DNA of 32,000 nucleotides from Nitrosomonas europaea (GTDB lineage: Bacteria; Pseudomonadota; Gammaproteobacteria; Burkholderiales; Nitrosomonadaceae), in the NCBI RefSeq assembly GCF_900167395.1, contig NZ_FUWK01000008.1, forward strand, positions 1-32,000, written 5' to 3'. Below the pieces are notes generated by a model. It did not search any database and was not told the DNA's origin. It worked only from the letters and a program-made list of their open reading frames with translations. Of this stretch, positions 23,092 through 32,000 are shown piece after piece. Made by a program: the position numbers and the translations under genes. How positions within the stretch are numbered: the stretch's first letter is position 1; each line of letters begins with the position of its first letter.

Positions 23092-24419
23092 CCGCATTCT
23101 GGGTGGTGGCCGGTATATTCATCGTAGTGGCGCTATTGTTCGTGATTCCTGTATTACTGAGAAGTAAAAGAAACGAATCCCAGGAACAGATTGAACGCCA
23201 GGCTGCAAACATCACTATTTATCGTGACCAGCTTGCAGAACTGGAGCGGGATTTACGCAATGATACCCTTTCCAGAGAACAGTACGACTCCAGTAAACAG
23301 GAGTTGCAGAAACGAATGTTGCAGGATGTATCGGAGAATGGTGAATCTGTCACCCATCTGGTTCCAACCAGTCGCCATGGTGTCGTTGCGGGTATCATTG
23401 TTACCCTGGTAATTCCACTTGCCGCTATCTATCTCTACCTGGTAATCGGAGATACGCGCGGGTTGCTGCCTCAGTCACAACTGGCCAATGCTACCCAGTT
23501 TTCTCAGAATGGGGCGGGAGGAGAGGAAGGACATATCGATATCAGTTCAATGGTTGAGAGTCTTGCAGCCCGCCTCAGGGAAAACCCGGAGGATATAGAG
23601 GGCTGGGTGATGCTCGGACGTTCTTATGCAATCATGGAGCGTTTTGATGATGCCAGTGCAACCTATGCCAAACTGGTCCAGATGGTTCCGGATAATCCCC
23701 AGTTTCTGAGTGATTACGCAGATATGCTGGCCATGATAAATAATGGCAGTTTACTGGGTAAACCTGCTGAAATGATTACCAGAGCGCTTGCTATCGATCC
23801 GAATTTTCCCAAGGCACTGGCTCTGGCTGGTACTCTCGAGTTTGAACAGGATAAATTTGATCAGGCAGTTGCTTACTGGGAACGCCTGTTGAGTGCCATA
23901 CCTGCCGATTCGAGACTTCACAAATCGGTGAGTGACAGTATCGTACAGGCTAAATCTCTGGCGATGAGAAGTAAAGGTGAATCTGCTCCCGTACAGCTCG
24001 CTCAGAATTCAAATGTGGGAACTGATGCTACGGCGGGATCTTCTTCTGCGGAAAAACAGGAAATTTCTGCCGGTGTGCCAAGTATCTCGGGTTCGGTGAC
24101 GCTGGATCCCTCTCTGGCTGACAAAGTCTCTCCAGATGATACGCTCTTCGTTTTTGCAAGAGCCAGTCAGGGGCCAAAAATGCCATTGGCAATCTTGAGA
24201 TTGAATGCCAGAGATATTCCTGTTTCATTCAAACTCGATGACAATATGGCCATGACTCCTGCGATGAAACTTTCCAGTTTTCCGGAGGTGGTGGTTGGAG
24301 CGAGAATCAGCAAAACCGGGCAGGCCATTCCTGCCAGTGGAGATCTGGAAGGCCATAGTGACCCTGTAAAAATCGGTGATGGAGAGGTCTCCATTACGAT
24401 CGATCACGTCGTTCCATAA
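23088..24419 (+). CDS. ccmI: Cytochrome c maturation protein CcmI (CycH-like, TPR-containing), 443 aa.
   Basis: Two N-terminal TM helices, then TPR-like repeats (GWVMLGRSYAIMERFDDASATYAKL..., ALALAGTLEFEQDKFDQAVAYWERLL). It is the last gene of the ccm cluster and has a 4-nt overlap with ccmH. Confidence 0.8.
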   Translation: MTAFWVVAGIFIVVALLFVIPVLLRSKRNESQEQIERQAANITIYRDQLAELERDLRNDTLSREQYDSSKQELQKRMLQDVSENGESVTHLVPTSRHGVVAGIIVTLVIPLAAIYLYLVIGDTRGLLPQSQLANATQFSQNGAGGEEGHIDISSMVESLAARLRENPEDIEGWVMLGRSYAIMERFDDASATYAKLVQMVPDNPQFLSDYADMLAMINNGSLLGKPAEMITRALAIDPNFPKALALAGTLEFEQDKFDQAVAYWERLLSAIPADSRLHKSVSDSIVQAKSLAMRSKGESAPVQLAQNSNVGTDATAGSSSAEKQEISAGVPSISGSVTLDPSLADKVSPDDTLFVFARASQGPKMPLAILRLNARDIPVSFKLDDNMAMTPAMKLSSFPEVVVGARISKTGQAIPASGDLEGHSDPVKIGDGEVSITIDHVVP

Positions 24420-24449
24420 ATTTTAACTATTGATAGAACCCGTATTCTT

Positions 24450-24911
24450 ATGTCTGATGATCTGATTCCGGATTTTGAGCTGGCTTCTACAGGTAACAAG
24501 CAATTTCGTCTGTCAGACGTAAAGAGCAGATACCTGGTTATTTTCTTTTACCCTAAAGATGATACGCCTGGCTGTACCAGTGAAAGCCAGCAATTCAGGG
24601 ATTTATATCCGGAATTTGTGCAGATAGGGTGTGAGATTGTTGGTATTTCTCGCGATAACCTGAAATCCCACGATAAATTCAGAGGAAAGTACGATTTACC
24701 TTATGATTTGCTGAGTGACAGTGATGAAGTGGTATGCGAGCTGTTTGGTGTCATGAAGATGAAAAACATGTATGGTAAACAGGTACGCGGAATAGAACGC
24801 AGCACCTTTGTATTGGATCGGGATGGCAAAGTGTATAAGGCATGGCGAGGTGTCAAGGTTCCAGGGCATGCAGAGGAAGTTCTGGCGTTTATCAAATCAG
24901 TCACAGCCTGA
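24450..24911 (+). CDS. bcp: Thiol peroxidase of the Bcp/PrxQ-type peroxiredoxin family.
   Basis: FFYPKDDTPGCTSESQQFRD contains the peroxidatic Cys motif. The protein is 153 aa. Confidence 0.85.
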   Translation: MSDDLIPDFELASTGNKQFRLSDVKSRYLVIFFYPKDDTPGCTSESQQFRDLYPEFVQIGCEIVGISRDNLKSHDKFRGKYDLPYDLLSDSDEVVCELFGVMKMKNMYGKQVRGIERSTFVLDRDGKVYKAWRGVKVPGHAEEVLAFIKSVTA

Positions 24912-24959
24912 GAACGGCTGATCTGTCATTCGGAGCTGGCGAAAGCTGGCTTTGTCATC

Positions 24960-25946
24960 TCAGAGTAACAAATGCTTGATTGAATCCAGTTCCTGGGTCA
25001 GCTCATCATAAGCGATATCCAGTCTGGTACGAGAGAATGGGCTGATTTCAAGCCCTTGCACAATCTTCCTTCCGCCATTTTTACAAACTACCGGGAATCC
25101 GTAAATTACACCTTTCGGTATTTTATAGCTGCCATCAGACAAAATTCCCATTGTGATCCAGTCATCGTCTCTGGTTCCAAAAATCCAGTCACGCATATGA
25201 TCAATAATGGCGTTTGCTGCGCTGGCTGCGCTGGATAGGCCGCGAGCCTCGATCACCACAGCACCTCGGTTTTGGACAGTAGGAATGAAACTGTTTTCAA
25301 CCCAGGTCTGATCTTTGATGAGATCGATCACTTTTTGATGATCGATTTCTGCATGAGATAAATCAGGAAATTGGGTAGATGAATGGTTGCCCCATACGAT
25401 CATTTTTCTGATATGGCTGACCGGCTGGTTCAGCTTCATGGCAACTTGTGATAGCGCCCGGTTATGATCAAGCCTGAGCATTCCTGAAAAATTCTCTGGC
25501 GACAAGTCTGGTGCATTCTTCATGGTAATGAGGGTATTGGTATTAGCAGGATTTCCTACTACCAGAATTTTCGCATCTCGTTTTACCACCTGGTTCAAGG
25601 CTCTGCCTTGTTCCCTGAAAATTTCGCCGTTGGTCTGCAGTAAATCCTTGCGTTCCATACCTTTACCGCGTGGGCGTGCTCCAACCAGTATTGCAATATC
25701 GGCCTGATCAAATGCTATCATCGGATCATGCGTTACGATAATGTCCGTCAACAACGGAAAAGCACAATCCTGAAGCTCCATGAGAACACCATCCAGTACC
25801 TTTCCGGATTCCGGAATATCGAGGAGCTGAAGAATTACGGGTTGGCTACTGCCCAGCATATCTCCGGCGGCAATTCTGAATAACAGGCTGTAGCTGATTT
25901 GTCCTGCTGCGCCGGTGACGGCAATACGAATGGGTGAAGACACCAA
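24960..25946 (-). CDS. mdh: Malate dehydrogenase, 328 aa, with a GTG start.
   Basis: [27 protein letters not shown] (Rossmann fold) and the ...GNPANTN..., ...LRLDHNRA..., ...WGNHSSTQ motifs. AAGGAG lies 8 nt before the GTG. Confidence 0.9.
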   Translation of the reverse strand: MVSSPIRIAVTGAAGQISYSLLFRIAAGDMLGSSQPVILQLLDIPESGKVLDGVLMELQDCAFPLLTDIIVTHDPMIAFDQADIAILVGARPRGKGMERKDLLQTNGEIFREQGRALNQVVKRDAKILVVGNPANTNTLITMKNAPDLSPENFSGMLRLDHNRALSQVAMKLNQPVSHIRKMIVWGNHSSTQFPDLSHAEIDHQKVIDLIKDQTWVENSFIPTVQNRGAVVIEARGLSSAASAANAIIDHMRDWIFGTRDDDWITMGILSDGSYKIPKGVIYGFPVVCKNGGRKIVQGLEISPFSRTRLDIAYDELTQELDSIKHLLL

Positions 25947-26168
25947 ATCCTGCTCCTTGAGTATTTGATATATTTCCCAGTGGGAAAAGAGATCGGGTGG
26001 AAAAAACAGTTAGGAATTATACCGGCAAATTTCAACATCAAGAAAGGTAAGCGTCACCTGGACTGTAACTTTGTTGGTTGAGAGTGAAAAATAATAGAAA
26101 TGATCTGAATACAGAAATCACAATGTACTTTCCTTATATGCTAAACAAATTATCCGGATCAGAGCTTT

Positions 26169-27587
26169 ATGCATAAATTTGATGTGGTAATCATTGGTGC
26201 AGGCAGCGCTGGTTTATCTGCTCTGCGTGAGGTAAAAAAACACACTGACAACTTCATATTGATCAATGAAGGTCCATGGGGAACTACTTGTGCCCGGGTG
26301 GGGTGCATGCCCTCCAAATTATTGATTGAGGCTGCCAATGCTTTTTACCGGCGAGTCAGTTTTAATGAATTCGGCATTACGGGTGCAGATCAGTTGGGAG
26401 TGGATCATAAACGGGTTCTGCAGCGTGTGCGCAGACTACGGGATGATTTTGTCACCAGTACACTTGGGGCAACCAGGGAATTGGGTGAACGGGCCATATC
26501 AGGCCGTGCTCATATTCTTTCTCCACATCAGGTGATGGTCAATGGTGAAAAATTTCATACTCGTAAAATCATCATTGCAACTGGTTCCCGGCCTGTCGTA
26601 CCGGAGCCCTGGCAAAGTCTTGGCAAACGTTTGTTTACGACAGATACGCTGTTTGAACAGGAAGCTTTGCCAGAACGCATCGCTGTTATCGGTATGGGGC
26701 CGGTAGGTCTGGAAATGGCGCAGGCACTATCCAGGCTGGGTGTGCGTGTTACCGGCTTTGGTTCCGGCAGGATGATCGGCGGTATTACTGATCCTCTCAT
26801 CAATCAGGCAGCAGTGACACTGTTATCCAAAGAATTTTCTTTGCATCTTGGAACCAGAGCGGATATTACGGTAAATGTCGATAGTGACGTGATTACGGTC
26901 AATTCGGGTGACATTAGAATCGAGGTCGACAGTGTACTGGCTGCTTTGGGGAGGCGGCCAAACATCGATGATATCAATCTGGAAGCATTGGGTGTGCCGC
27001 TTGATGAAAGAGGTTTGCCACCCGTAAATCCTGATACTTTACAGATTGCTGATCTGCCGGTATTCCTGGCGGGTGATGTCAATCAACGTTCTCCTGTATT
27101 GCATGAAGCTGCGGATGACGGACATATTGCCGGCTTGAATGCAACCAGAGAAAAATTGGTTTGTTTCAAACGGCGCGTGCCACTGACTATTGTATTTTCT
27201 GATCCTAATATCGCCGTGGTTGGAAAATCCTTTCGATCGCTCGAACATGAAGATATCCGGGCGGGTGAGGTAGATTTCAGCCGTCAGGGGCGGGCACGTT
27301 CGGCCCAGTCTAATCGTGGTGTGCTGCGTGTGTATGCTGCTGCAAACAGTGGCCGGCTGCTGGGTGCAGAAATGTGTGCACCGGCTGGAGAACATTTTGC
27401 GCATTTGCTGGCACTGGCAATCGATCAGTCCTTGAGTGTATGGGATTTATTGCGATTGCCGTTTTATCATCCGGTGCTGGAAGAAGGATTGCGTACTGCG
27501 TTACGTAACCTGGCTTCGAAACTACCTGCATGCAGCGAATCGGATCTGGCTGTTTGCGGCCCCTTTAATGCCGAAGCGCTTGACTGA
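26169..27587 (+). CDS. FAD-dependent pyridine nucleotide-disulfide oxidoreductase of the dihydrolipoyl dehydrogenase family, 472 aa.
   Basis: FDVVIIGAGSAGLSA (FAD binding), the redox-active GTTCARVGCMPSK, a second Rossmann IAVIGMGPVGLEMA, and a C-terminal dimerisation region with FYHPVLEE. Confidence 0.8.
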   Translation: MHKFDVVIIGAGSAGLSALREVKKHTDNFILINEGPWGTTCARVGCMPSKLLIEAANAFYRRVSFNEFGITGADQLGVDHKRVLQRVRRLRDDFVTSTLGATRELGERAISGRAHILSPHQVMVNGEKFHTRKIIIATGSRPVVPEPWQSLGKRLFTTDTLFEQEALPERIAVIGMGPVGLEMAQALSRLGVRVTGFGSGRMIGGITDPLINQAAVTLLSKEFSLHLGTRADITVNVDSDVITVNSGDIRIEVDSVLAALGRRPNIDDINLEALGVPLDERGLPPVNPDTLQIADLPVFLAGDVNQRSPVLHEAADDGHIAGLNATREKLVCFKRRVPLTIVFSDPNIAVVGKSFRSLEHEDIRAGEVDFSRQGRARSAQSNRGVLRVYAAANSGRLLGAEMCAPAGEHFAHLLALAIDQSLSVWDLLRLPFYHPVLEEGLRTALRNLASKLPACSESDLAVCGPFNAEALD

Positions 27588-27701
27588 AAGCCATATTCGA
27601 GCCGTGATGGTGAGCCAAACTAAAATATGGCTGACTACAACAGGGCTATGGATTGGCTGTACGGGTCTATATTGCGGTGTGAGCTGCTGAATGATGATGA
27701 G

Positions 27702-27777
27702 TGGTGGCGAATCAGGGATTTGAACCCCGGACCAACGGATTATGATTCCGCTGCTCTAACCACTGAGCTAATTCGCC
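27702..27777 (-). tRNA. tRNA with a CAT anticodon (Met, or Ile2 after lysidine modification), 76 nt with an encoded CCA.
   Basis: The minus strand reads GGCGAAT-TA-GCTC-AGTGGTTA-GAGC-A-GCGGA-ATCATAA-TCCGT-TGGTC-CGGGG-TTCAAAT-CCCTG-ATTCGCC-ACCA, a clean cloverleaf. A G1:C72 pair rules out an initiator tRNA. Confidence 0.9.
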
Positions 27778-27801
27778 ATGTATCTGAACGACAGAGCGCG
27801 T

Positions 27802-27830
27802 ATTCTGCCTTCTGCAGGAAAGGTAGTCAA
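27802..27830 (-). promoter_or_regulatory. Putative promoter of the tRNA gene.
   Basis: On the minus strand: TTGACT (27830-27825), a 17-nt spacer, then CAGAAT (27807-27802), about 25 nt upstream of the tRNA 5' end. Confidence 0.35.
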
Positions 27831-28017
27831 GACCGTTGCTTTCCATCGACCTTGAAATAACGAGATAAATGCAATTTGCTGACCTCGGCATTGCTATTTC
27901 CCGGTATCGCAATCATGTGAGTTTGATCTGGATCAGTATTTCGATGTCCTCTTTCCTCTACTCTCTTGATGCAGTTCCGGGAAACATTTCGTAAATCTCA
28001 AGGATAAGAGGATAAGT

Positions 28018-28188
28018 ATGAAGATCAAATTGATGGTCATCGTATCGATGGTAATGGCTGTGGCCGCTTGCAAACCATCTGTACCCAATTCGCCTGACTC
28101 GTCATCGTATGGAAAAACTGTTCAGCCATTTCACCAGATTCCTGCTGAAGATCAGGAAGGAGGGGGAAAACCCAGATCAATCGAATAG
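28018..28188 (+). CDS. Small putative lipoprotein, 56 aa (below the ORF-track cutoff).
   Basis: MKIKLMVIVSMVMAVAAC|KPSVPNSPDSSSYGK... has a signal sequence and a lipobox (AVAAC). AGGATAAG-type purine-rich sequence precedes the ATG, and the stop is TAG at 28186-28188. Confidence 0.55.
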   Translation: MKIKLMVIVSMVMAVAACKPSVPNSPDSSSYGKTVQPFHQIPAEDQEGGGKPRSIE

Positions 28189-28365
28189 GAAATTGCAGGT
28201 TTCTACTGGTTGCCATTGTGATAACCAGGCTTTGGTATAGCTTCGCAGGTTACATAAGCAATGTCTGATTGGCTGTTGTAGCCTGCTTTCAAACAGGGAT
28301 ATTTTTCCCTTCACAGTATTCCTGATAGTATGCCGTCATTCAAGTAATCTACAGATTGCAGCGGC

Positions 28366-29199
28366 GTGCGCCATATTACTTCTCGCGAACATCCCTTATT
28401 CAAGAAGCTGTTTAAGCTGCAACACTCGGCACGTCAGCGTCATGATGAAGGCATGACGCTGCTCGATGGCATCCATTTACTGCAGTCCTGCCTGGCATCC
28501 GGCAAGACCCCGGTGTTGCTGATTGTCAGTGAATCCGGTAGCCAGCATCCTGAAATCAGTCAGTTACTGATTCATATTGATAAAGATCCTCAGAAAACAG
28601 ATTGTCTGATGCTGAGTGATACATTATTCAATCAGATATCGCCTGTTAAAACGCCGGTTGGCATACTGGCGCTCATTGATATTCCTCAACATACACTACC
28701 TGCAGACACATACCAGAATTCTTTTAGTATCTTACTGGAAGGTATTCAGGATCCCGGTAACCTGGGTTCGATGCTGCGCTCTGCCGCTGCTGCCGGCGTA
28801 GAAGGTGTTTTCCTTTCCTCCGATTGTGCCGACGCCTGGTCGCCCAAAACACTGAGAGCAGGCATGGGAGCGCATTTTTCATTGAAAATTCATGAGAATG
28901 TCGACCTGATCCAAGTTGCCCGCCAGTTTGCCGGCAATGTCGTGGCAACGACATTGCATGATGCCAGCAATCTTTTTCACACAGATTTACGAGGGGCGGT
29001 CGTGTTTGTTTTCGGGAATGAAGGGGGCGGGATTTCAGAAGAACTTCTGGAAACCGTACATCAGCGAGTGATGATACCTATGCCAGGGTGTACCGAATCA
29101 CTCAATGTCGCTACGGCAGCAGCCATCTGTTTATTTGAGAAAGTCCGGCAGGATACCTGTGCTGGTGATTCTCACGAGAACAGCATGGGCAGCAGATGA
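28366..29199 (+). CDS. TrmH/SpoU-family RNA 2'-O-methyltransferase, 277 aa, with a GTG start.
   Basis: SpoU motifs: LEGIQDPGNLGSMLRSAAAAGV, VVFVFGNEGGGISEE and IPMPGCTESLNVATAAAICLFE. Confidence 0.85.
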   Translation: MRHITSREHPLFKKLFKLQHSARQRHDEGMTLLDGIHLLQSCLASGKTPVLLIVSESGSQHPEISQLLIHIDKDPQKTDCLMLSDTLFNQISPVKTPVGILALIDIPQHTLPADTYQNSFSILLEGIQDPGNLGSMLRSAAAAGVEGVFLSSDCADAWSPKTLRAGMGAHFSLKIHENVDLIQVARQFAGNVVATTLHDASNLFHTDLRGAVVFVFGNEGGGISEELLETVHQRVMIPMPGCTESLNVATAAAICLFEKVRQDTCAGDSHENSMGSR

Positions 29200-29224
29200 A
29201 ATCTGCCTTTCCATGAGTCGATCA

Positions 29225-30583
29225 TCAGGATTTATTTGAAATTGTTTCTTGATCAGCAGCACTGTTTTCATCACGCATGGAATGAGGTATGTCAGTGGCC
29301 AAATCGCGGGGATCTGCCAGATATCTGAGAATGCGGATTTTGTCATCGAGATCATGTTTTTCGTTCTTGAGACTGGCGATGATCAGTTCAATCGGGTCTG
29401 CAGCGCTATTCTGTAATTTAACCGTGCGGTAGAAATGAACGAAATCATCCAATGAAACAATGCCGGTGCAATTGACGAACGCGTGATAATCGTTCCGGAG
29501 ATGACCGTGTAAACGTGCCTGACTGATCCACTGCACGAGTTGCTGGTAACTGAAACCGGTTCGCAGGGCGATATCCAGCGCATTGGCATTAGCCAGATTT
29601 TCAATATTGTCGTATCCCTCCCGTTTCAGAAGAATTTCCTGGTTATAGTTGATACCCGGTAAATCCGAGAGTGGTGAGGCAAATTCGTGAATCCGGACTA
29701 AACCAAGTGCCTTGGTTGCGATATTTTCGAGAAATACCAGACCACGATCGGGAAAATGGCCGATGAAGAAACTCCATACAGGCAGACTTCTGATCAGGAT
29801 TGCATCGGGTTCTGAAAATTTGTCGGGATCGATCAGGAAATAACTCAGAACCATCGCCAGTAAAGATCCCGTAATCATGCGCACACTGCTGTTGATAAAG
29901 ATGTTGGGCGTCATATCCAGTGTGAAATAGCTCCGGACCATTAACCCGATAAAGTAGACATACCCGCCCAGGAAGCCAAACTGAAACGCAGTCAGAGTAT
30001 AGACGAGGACGTTGATATAGTCTCTGTTTCCTACCATGTAAGACTTCATGTACGTGCCAAGCATCAGAAAGTTGGCTCCTTTGCTGTAATCGACTCCGTT
30101 AGCGTATGCCAGATCCGGAAGTGCCAACGGGGCCGGTTTCAGCAGCAAGATGATCATGCAGCCAAACATCACCACGAACATCAGGCTCATCATGCTGCCA
30201 AGATAACTGCGTATGCTGGAAATCTTGCTCAGGTAATTCTGAATATAGTTGCTGTTGGCGGAATAGATCGCGGGCGGAAGTTCCCGTTGCAGGCGGCGCT
30301 TCTTTTCCTCGCGCATCGAGCTGGTATAACAAAGTGTGATCAGTGGAATAATCCCGACAGCGAAAACCAGCAATACCAGGTTATATTGAAAAAATATGGG
30401 ATCAAACCATGACGCGATCTGCCTGTAGGGCGAGGTATTTACCGTATCTTCCAGCAGGTGGGGTGGCTGCATGCTGGCATAGAATAAAAACAGTACCATG
30501 CCGATAAAAAGCGCATTCGCCGCAATGAACAAGCTTGGGTAAAAGTAAAAGATAAAGTTTCTTCCAGATTTCTCGCCAGACAT
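29225..30583 (-). CDS. Polytopic membrane protein of unknown function, 452 aa, with a soluble C-terminal domain that has a helix-hairpin-helix-like segment.
   Basis: It has about 6-7 hydrophobic helices in residues 1-280. The C-terminal region includes LSDLPGINYNQEILLKREGYDNIENLANANALDIALRTGFSYQQLVQWISQARL. GGGAGG precedes the ATG. It lies 34 nt downstream of the hydrolase gene on the same strand. Confidence 0.7.
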   Translation of the reverse strand: MSGEKSGRNFIFYFYPSLFIAANALFIGMVLFLFYASMQPPHLLEDTVNTSPYRQIASWFDPIFFQYNLVLLVFAVGIIPLITLCYTSSMREEKKRRLQRELPPAIYSANSNYIQNYLSKISSIRSYLGSMMSLMFVVMFGCMIILLLKPAPLALPDLAYANGVDYSKGANFLMLGTYMKSYMVGNRDYINVLVYTLTAFQFGFLGGYVYFIGLMVRSYFTLDMTPNIFINSSVRMITGSLLAMVLSYFLIDPDKFSEPDAILIRSLPVWSFFIGHFPDRGLVFLENIATKALGLVRIHEFASPLSDLPGINYNQEILLKREGYDNIENLANANALDIALRTGFSYQQLVQWISQARLHGHLRNDYHAFVNCTGIVSLDDFVHFYRTVKLQNSAADPIELIIASLKNEKHDLDDKIRILRYLADPRDLATDIPHSMRDENSAADQETISNKS

Positions 30584-30617
30584 TTTTATCCTCCCAAGCT
30601 TGAAGAATGGTTAAACG

Positions 30618-31370
30618 TTATGAGTGATTTTCAGTAAGTTCCCGCACCAGATTGAGATAAAACTGAAGATGATTAAACGGTCGTGCTTTGCGTGCATCCG
30701 GCCAGGCGAAACTCCAGCCGGTCAGTTCAAAATGGTCTGCCTGCAATACATCTCTGAATTCTCCCCATTGTGCCGATGCCACGGGCACCATCCCGTCATT
30801 ATCGCCACTGTTTGCAGCAATCTTGTTTCCCCAGGAACGCAGAATGAATGACATGTCAGTAGGGCAGCGCATACTCGCATACGAGCAATATCTGACATCC
30901 TTCCGATTACTGATTTCTATGTTGAATCGGGCGCATGATTCGGGGGTTAAATCATTGACGGCGGGTGTGGAAATGGAGTGCATCAAACGAAAGCACATAT
31001 CTGATCCTTCGATAGTCCATTTTGCTAAAGGTGATCCATGATGAGGCGTGGCAACCGTGGTTAAACTCCGTACCCGGTGCATCGGGTCCAGATGGTGGAT
31101 CAAATATCGGCAATCCAGACCCCCCATACTATGCGCGATCAGATCGATACGATCCGCGCTGATGTGAGCTAAGAAATTTGCCAGAACACGTGCGCGATCT
31201 TCGATATATCCGGTAGCAGGTAATTCTGGAAAGAGAACCTGCCGAGTGCTGTTCCTCAAACTGGAGCGCAGATTCCGGAAATAATGCACCTTTTTTCCGA
31301 AAATGGAAAAAGATGAAAAGCCCAGCAATCCATGAACAAAAATGATAGCCCCGTTGTTTGGATCACTCAT
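30618..31370 (-). CDS. Alpha/beta-hydrolase (lipase/esterase-like), 250 aa, with no signal peptide.
   Basis: Oxyanion-region IIFVHGLLGF, nucleophile elbow AHSMGG, and probable Asp (GDNDGMV) and His (ADHFELTGW) residues. GGGAGA precedes the ATG at 31370; a GTG at 31373 is also in frame. Confidence 0.75.
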   Translation of the reverse strand: MSDPNNGAIIFVHGLLGFSSFSIFGKKVHYFRNLRSSLRNSTRQVLFPELPATGYIEDRARVLANFLAHISADRIDLIAHSMGGLDCRYLIHHLDPMHRVRSLTTVATPHHGSPLAKWTIEGSDMCFRLMHSISTPAVNDLTPESCARFNIEISNRKDVRYCSYASMRCPTDMSFILRSWGNKIAANSGDNDGMVPVASAQWGEFRDVLQADHFELTGWSFAWPDARKARPFNHLQFYLNLVRELTENHS

Positions 31371-31464
31371 CACATCTCCCTATAAAAAAACAGGTTTCCC
31401 CATTGTTACAAACTACTCATCACCCTTACCGCAAGATATTGACCAGAGCAGTATCTGTGGTTCT

Positions 31465-32000
31465 TCAGATCAATTTGACGAATACCTTGGAACGCCGCTG
31501 GTAGTTGTAAAAATTCTGTTTCAGTCGAGGAAGCTGGTCAGGGGTGGTTTCCGAAAAGCCGCGTTCTACGAACCAGTGAGTGGTACGGGTGGTAAGTGCG
31601 AACAGGCGGCGGTAACCTTGTTCCCTGGCCTGATCTTCAAGATGATCGATCAGTATCCGGCCGATACCTGCCTTGCGATATTCGGGGTGTACTGCGAGGC
31701 AGGCCAGTTCGCATGCTTTGTCATCCGGGAAAGGGTAGAGTGCCGCACAAGCGATGATCATGTTGTCGTGTTCGATCACTGTGAAGCGCTCAATTTCCAT
31801 TTCCAGCAATTCCCGGTTGCGCCGTACCAGGATACCTGCATTCTCTAATGGTTCGATCAATTGGAGAATAGCACCGATGTCTTCGATTTCAGCTTGGCGG
31901 ATGATTTGCAACGGGTCACGTGTGATCATGCTGCCAATACCGCTATGAGTGAACAGTTCGAGCAGCAGTGCGCCATCGATATGGCGGCTGACGAGATGAA
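31465..32000 (-). CDS. argA: Amino-acid N-acetyltransferase (N-acetylglutamate synthase), 3' part. The 5' part lies outside the window.
   Basis: The frame is open to the window edge. The sequence ...HLVSRHIDGALLLELFTHSGIGSMITRD... continues into a GNAT domain (ACELACLAVHPEYRKAGIGRILIDHLE) and the ArgA-like tail FYNYQRRSKVFVKLI. Confidence 0.8.
   Translation of the reverse strand, partial: HLVSRHIDGALLLELFTHSGIGSMITRDPLQIIRQAEIEDIGAILQLIEPLENAGILVRRNRELLEMEIERFTVIEHDNMIIACAALYPFPDDKACELACLAVHPEYRKAGIGRILIDHLEDQAREQGYRRLFALTTRTTHWFVERGFSETTPDQLPRLKQNFYNYQRRSKVFVKLI

Noticed and set aside
24912-24959. Direct repeats AGCTGGC x2 and (C/T)TGTCAT x2 between the convergent bcp and mdh genes, considered as a bidirectional terminator.
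   Set aside because: The repeats are direct, not inverted, and I could not draw a stable hairpin.
27589-27632. A 9-bp perfect inverted repeat (AGCCATATT / AATATGGCT) between the Lpd-family gene and the tRNA 3' end.
   Set aside because: The 26-nt loop and the absence of a flanking T/A tract make it unconvincing as an intrinsic terminator. I noted it only as a possible processing or termination structure.
27702-31464. A genomic island integrated at the tRNA gene (the lower-GC genes between the tRNA and argA).
   Set aside because: The tRNA 3' end faces the housekeeping Lpd-family/mdh side. No integrase gene and no direct repeat of the tRNA 3' end were found in the window.
1-32000. CRISPR arrays, rRNA genes, prophage or integron cassettes.
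   Set aside because: I saw no regularly spaced identical repeats of 24-40 bp with unique spacers, no rRNA-like sequence, and no integrase or attC-like structures. The only Tn402-type relics are the two 25-bp inverted repeats.

Overview
The window looks like a proteobacterial chromosome segment. The gene order and moderate GC suggest a betaproteobacterium, possibly Nitrosomonas-like, but this is unverified. It has three parts.

(1) 1-2524 is a decayed mobile-DNA mosaic:
- the 3' end of an IS481-like rve transposase gene;
- an array of phased short repeats;
- a Tn21/Tn1721-like res site with an orphan tnpR resolvase gene;
- an AT-rich orphan gene for a 219-aa protein with a central hydrophobic hairpin;
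- a 519-bp shell bounded by Tn402/Tn5053-type 25-bp inverted repeats, which encloses a dead IS5-family (DUF4096) transposase fragment.

The outer Tn402-type repeat ends at 2524, exactly where a TonB-dependent receptor (TBDR) gene is cut off.

(2) 2525-10428 (minus strand) is a metal/tetrapyrrole-type uptake cluster. In transcription order it encodes an intact TBDR, a 1380-aa CobN/ChlH-family protein, a MotA/TolQ/ExbB-like protein, an ExbD-topology protein, and the truncated second TBDR. The CobN-like protein has a signal peptide and a C-terminal membrane anchor. No AAA+ chelatase partner is encoded in the window. I consider this the most interesting system here. Its upstream region holds a perfect 21-bp inverted repeat pair placed against two divergent promoter-like elements.

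(3) 10961-32000 is mostly housekeeping:
- rimP-nusA-infB-rbfA-truB;
- the complete cytochrome c maturation operon ccmABCDEFGHI;
- bcp, mdh and an Lpd-family flavoprotein disulfide reductase;
- a tRNA with a CAT anticodon;
- a 56-aa lipoprotein missing from the ORF track;
- a TrmH-family methyltransferase;
- an alpha/beta-hydrolase plus a 452-aa polytopic membrane protein of unknown function;
- the 3' part of argA.

No rRNA and no CRISPR array were seen. All identifications rest on reading the translations and on remembered family motifs. No database search was possible.
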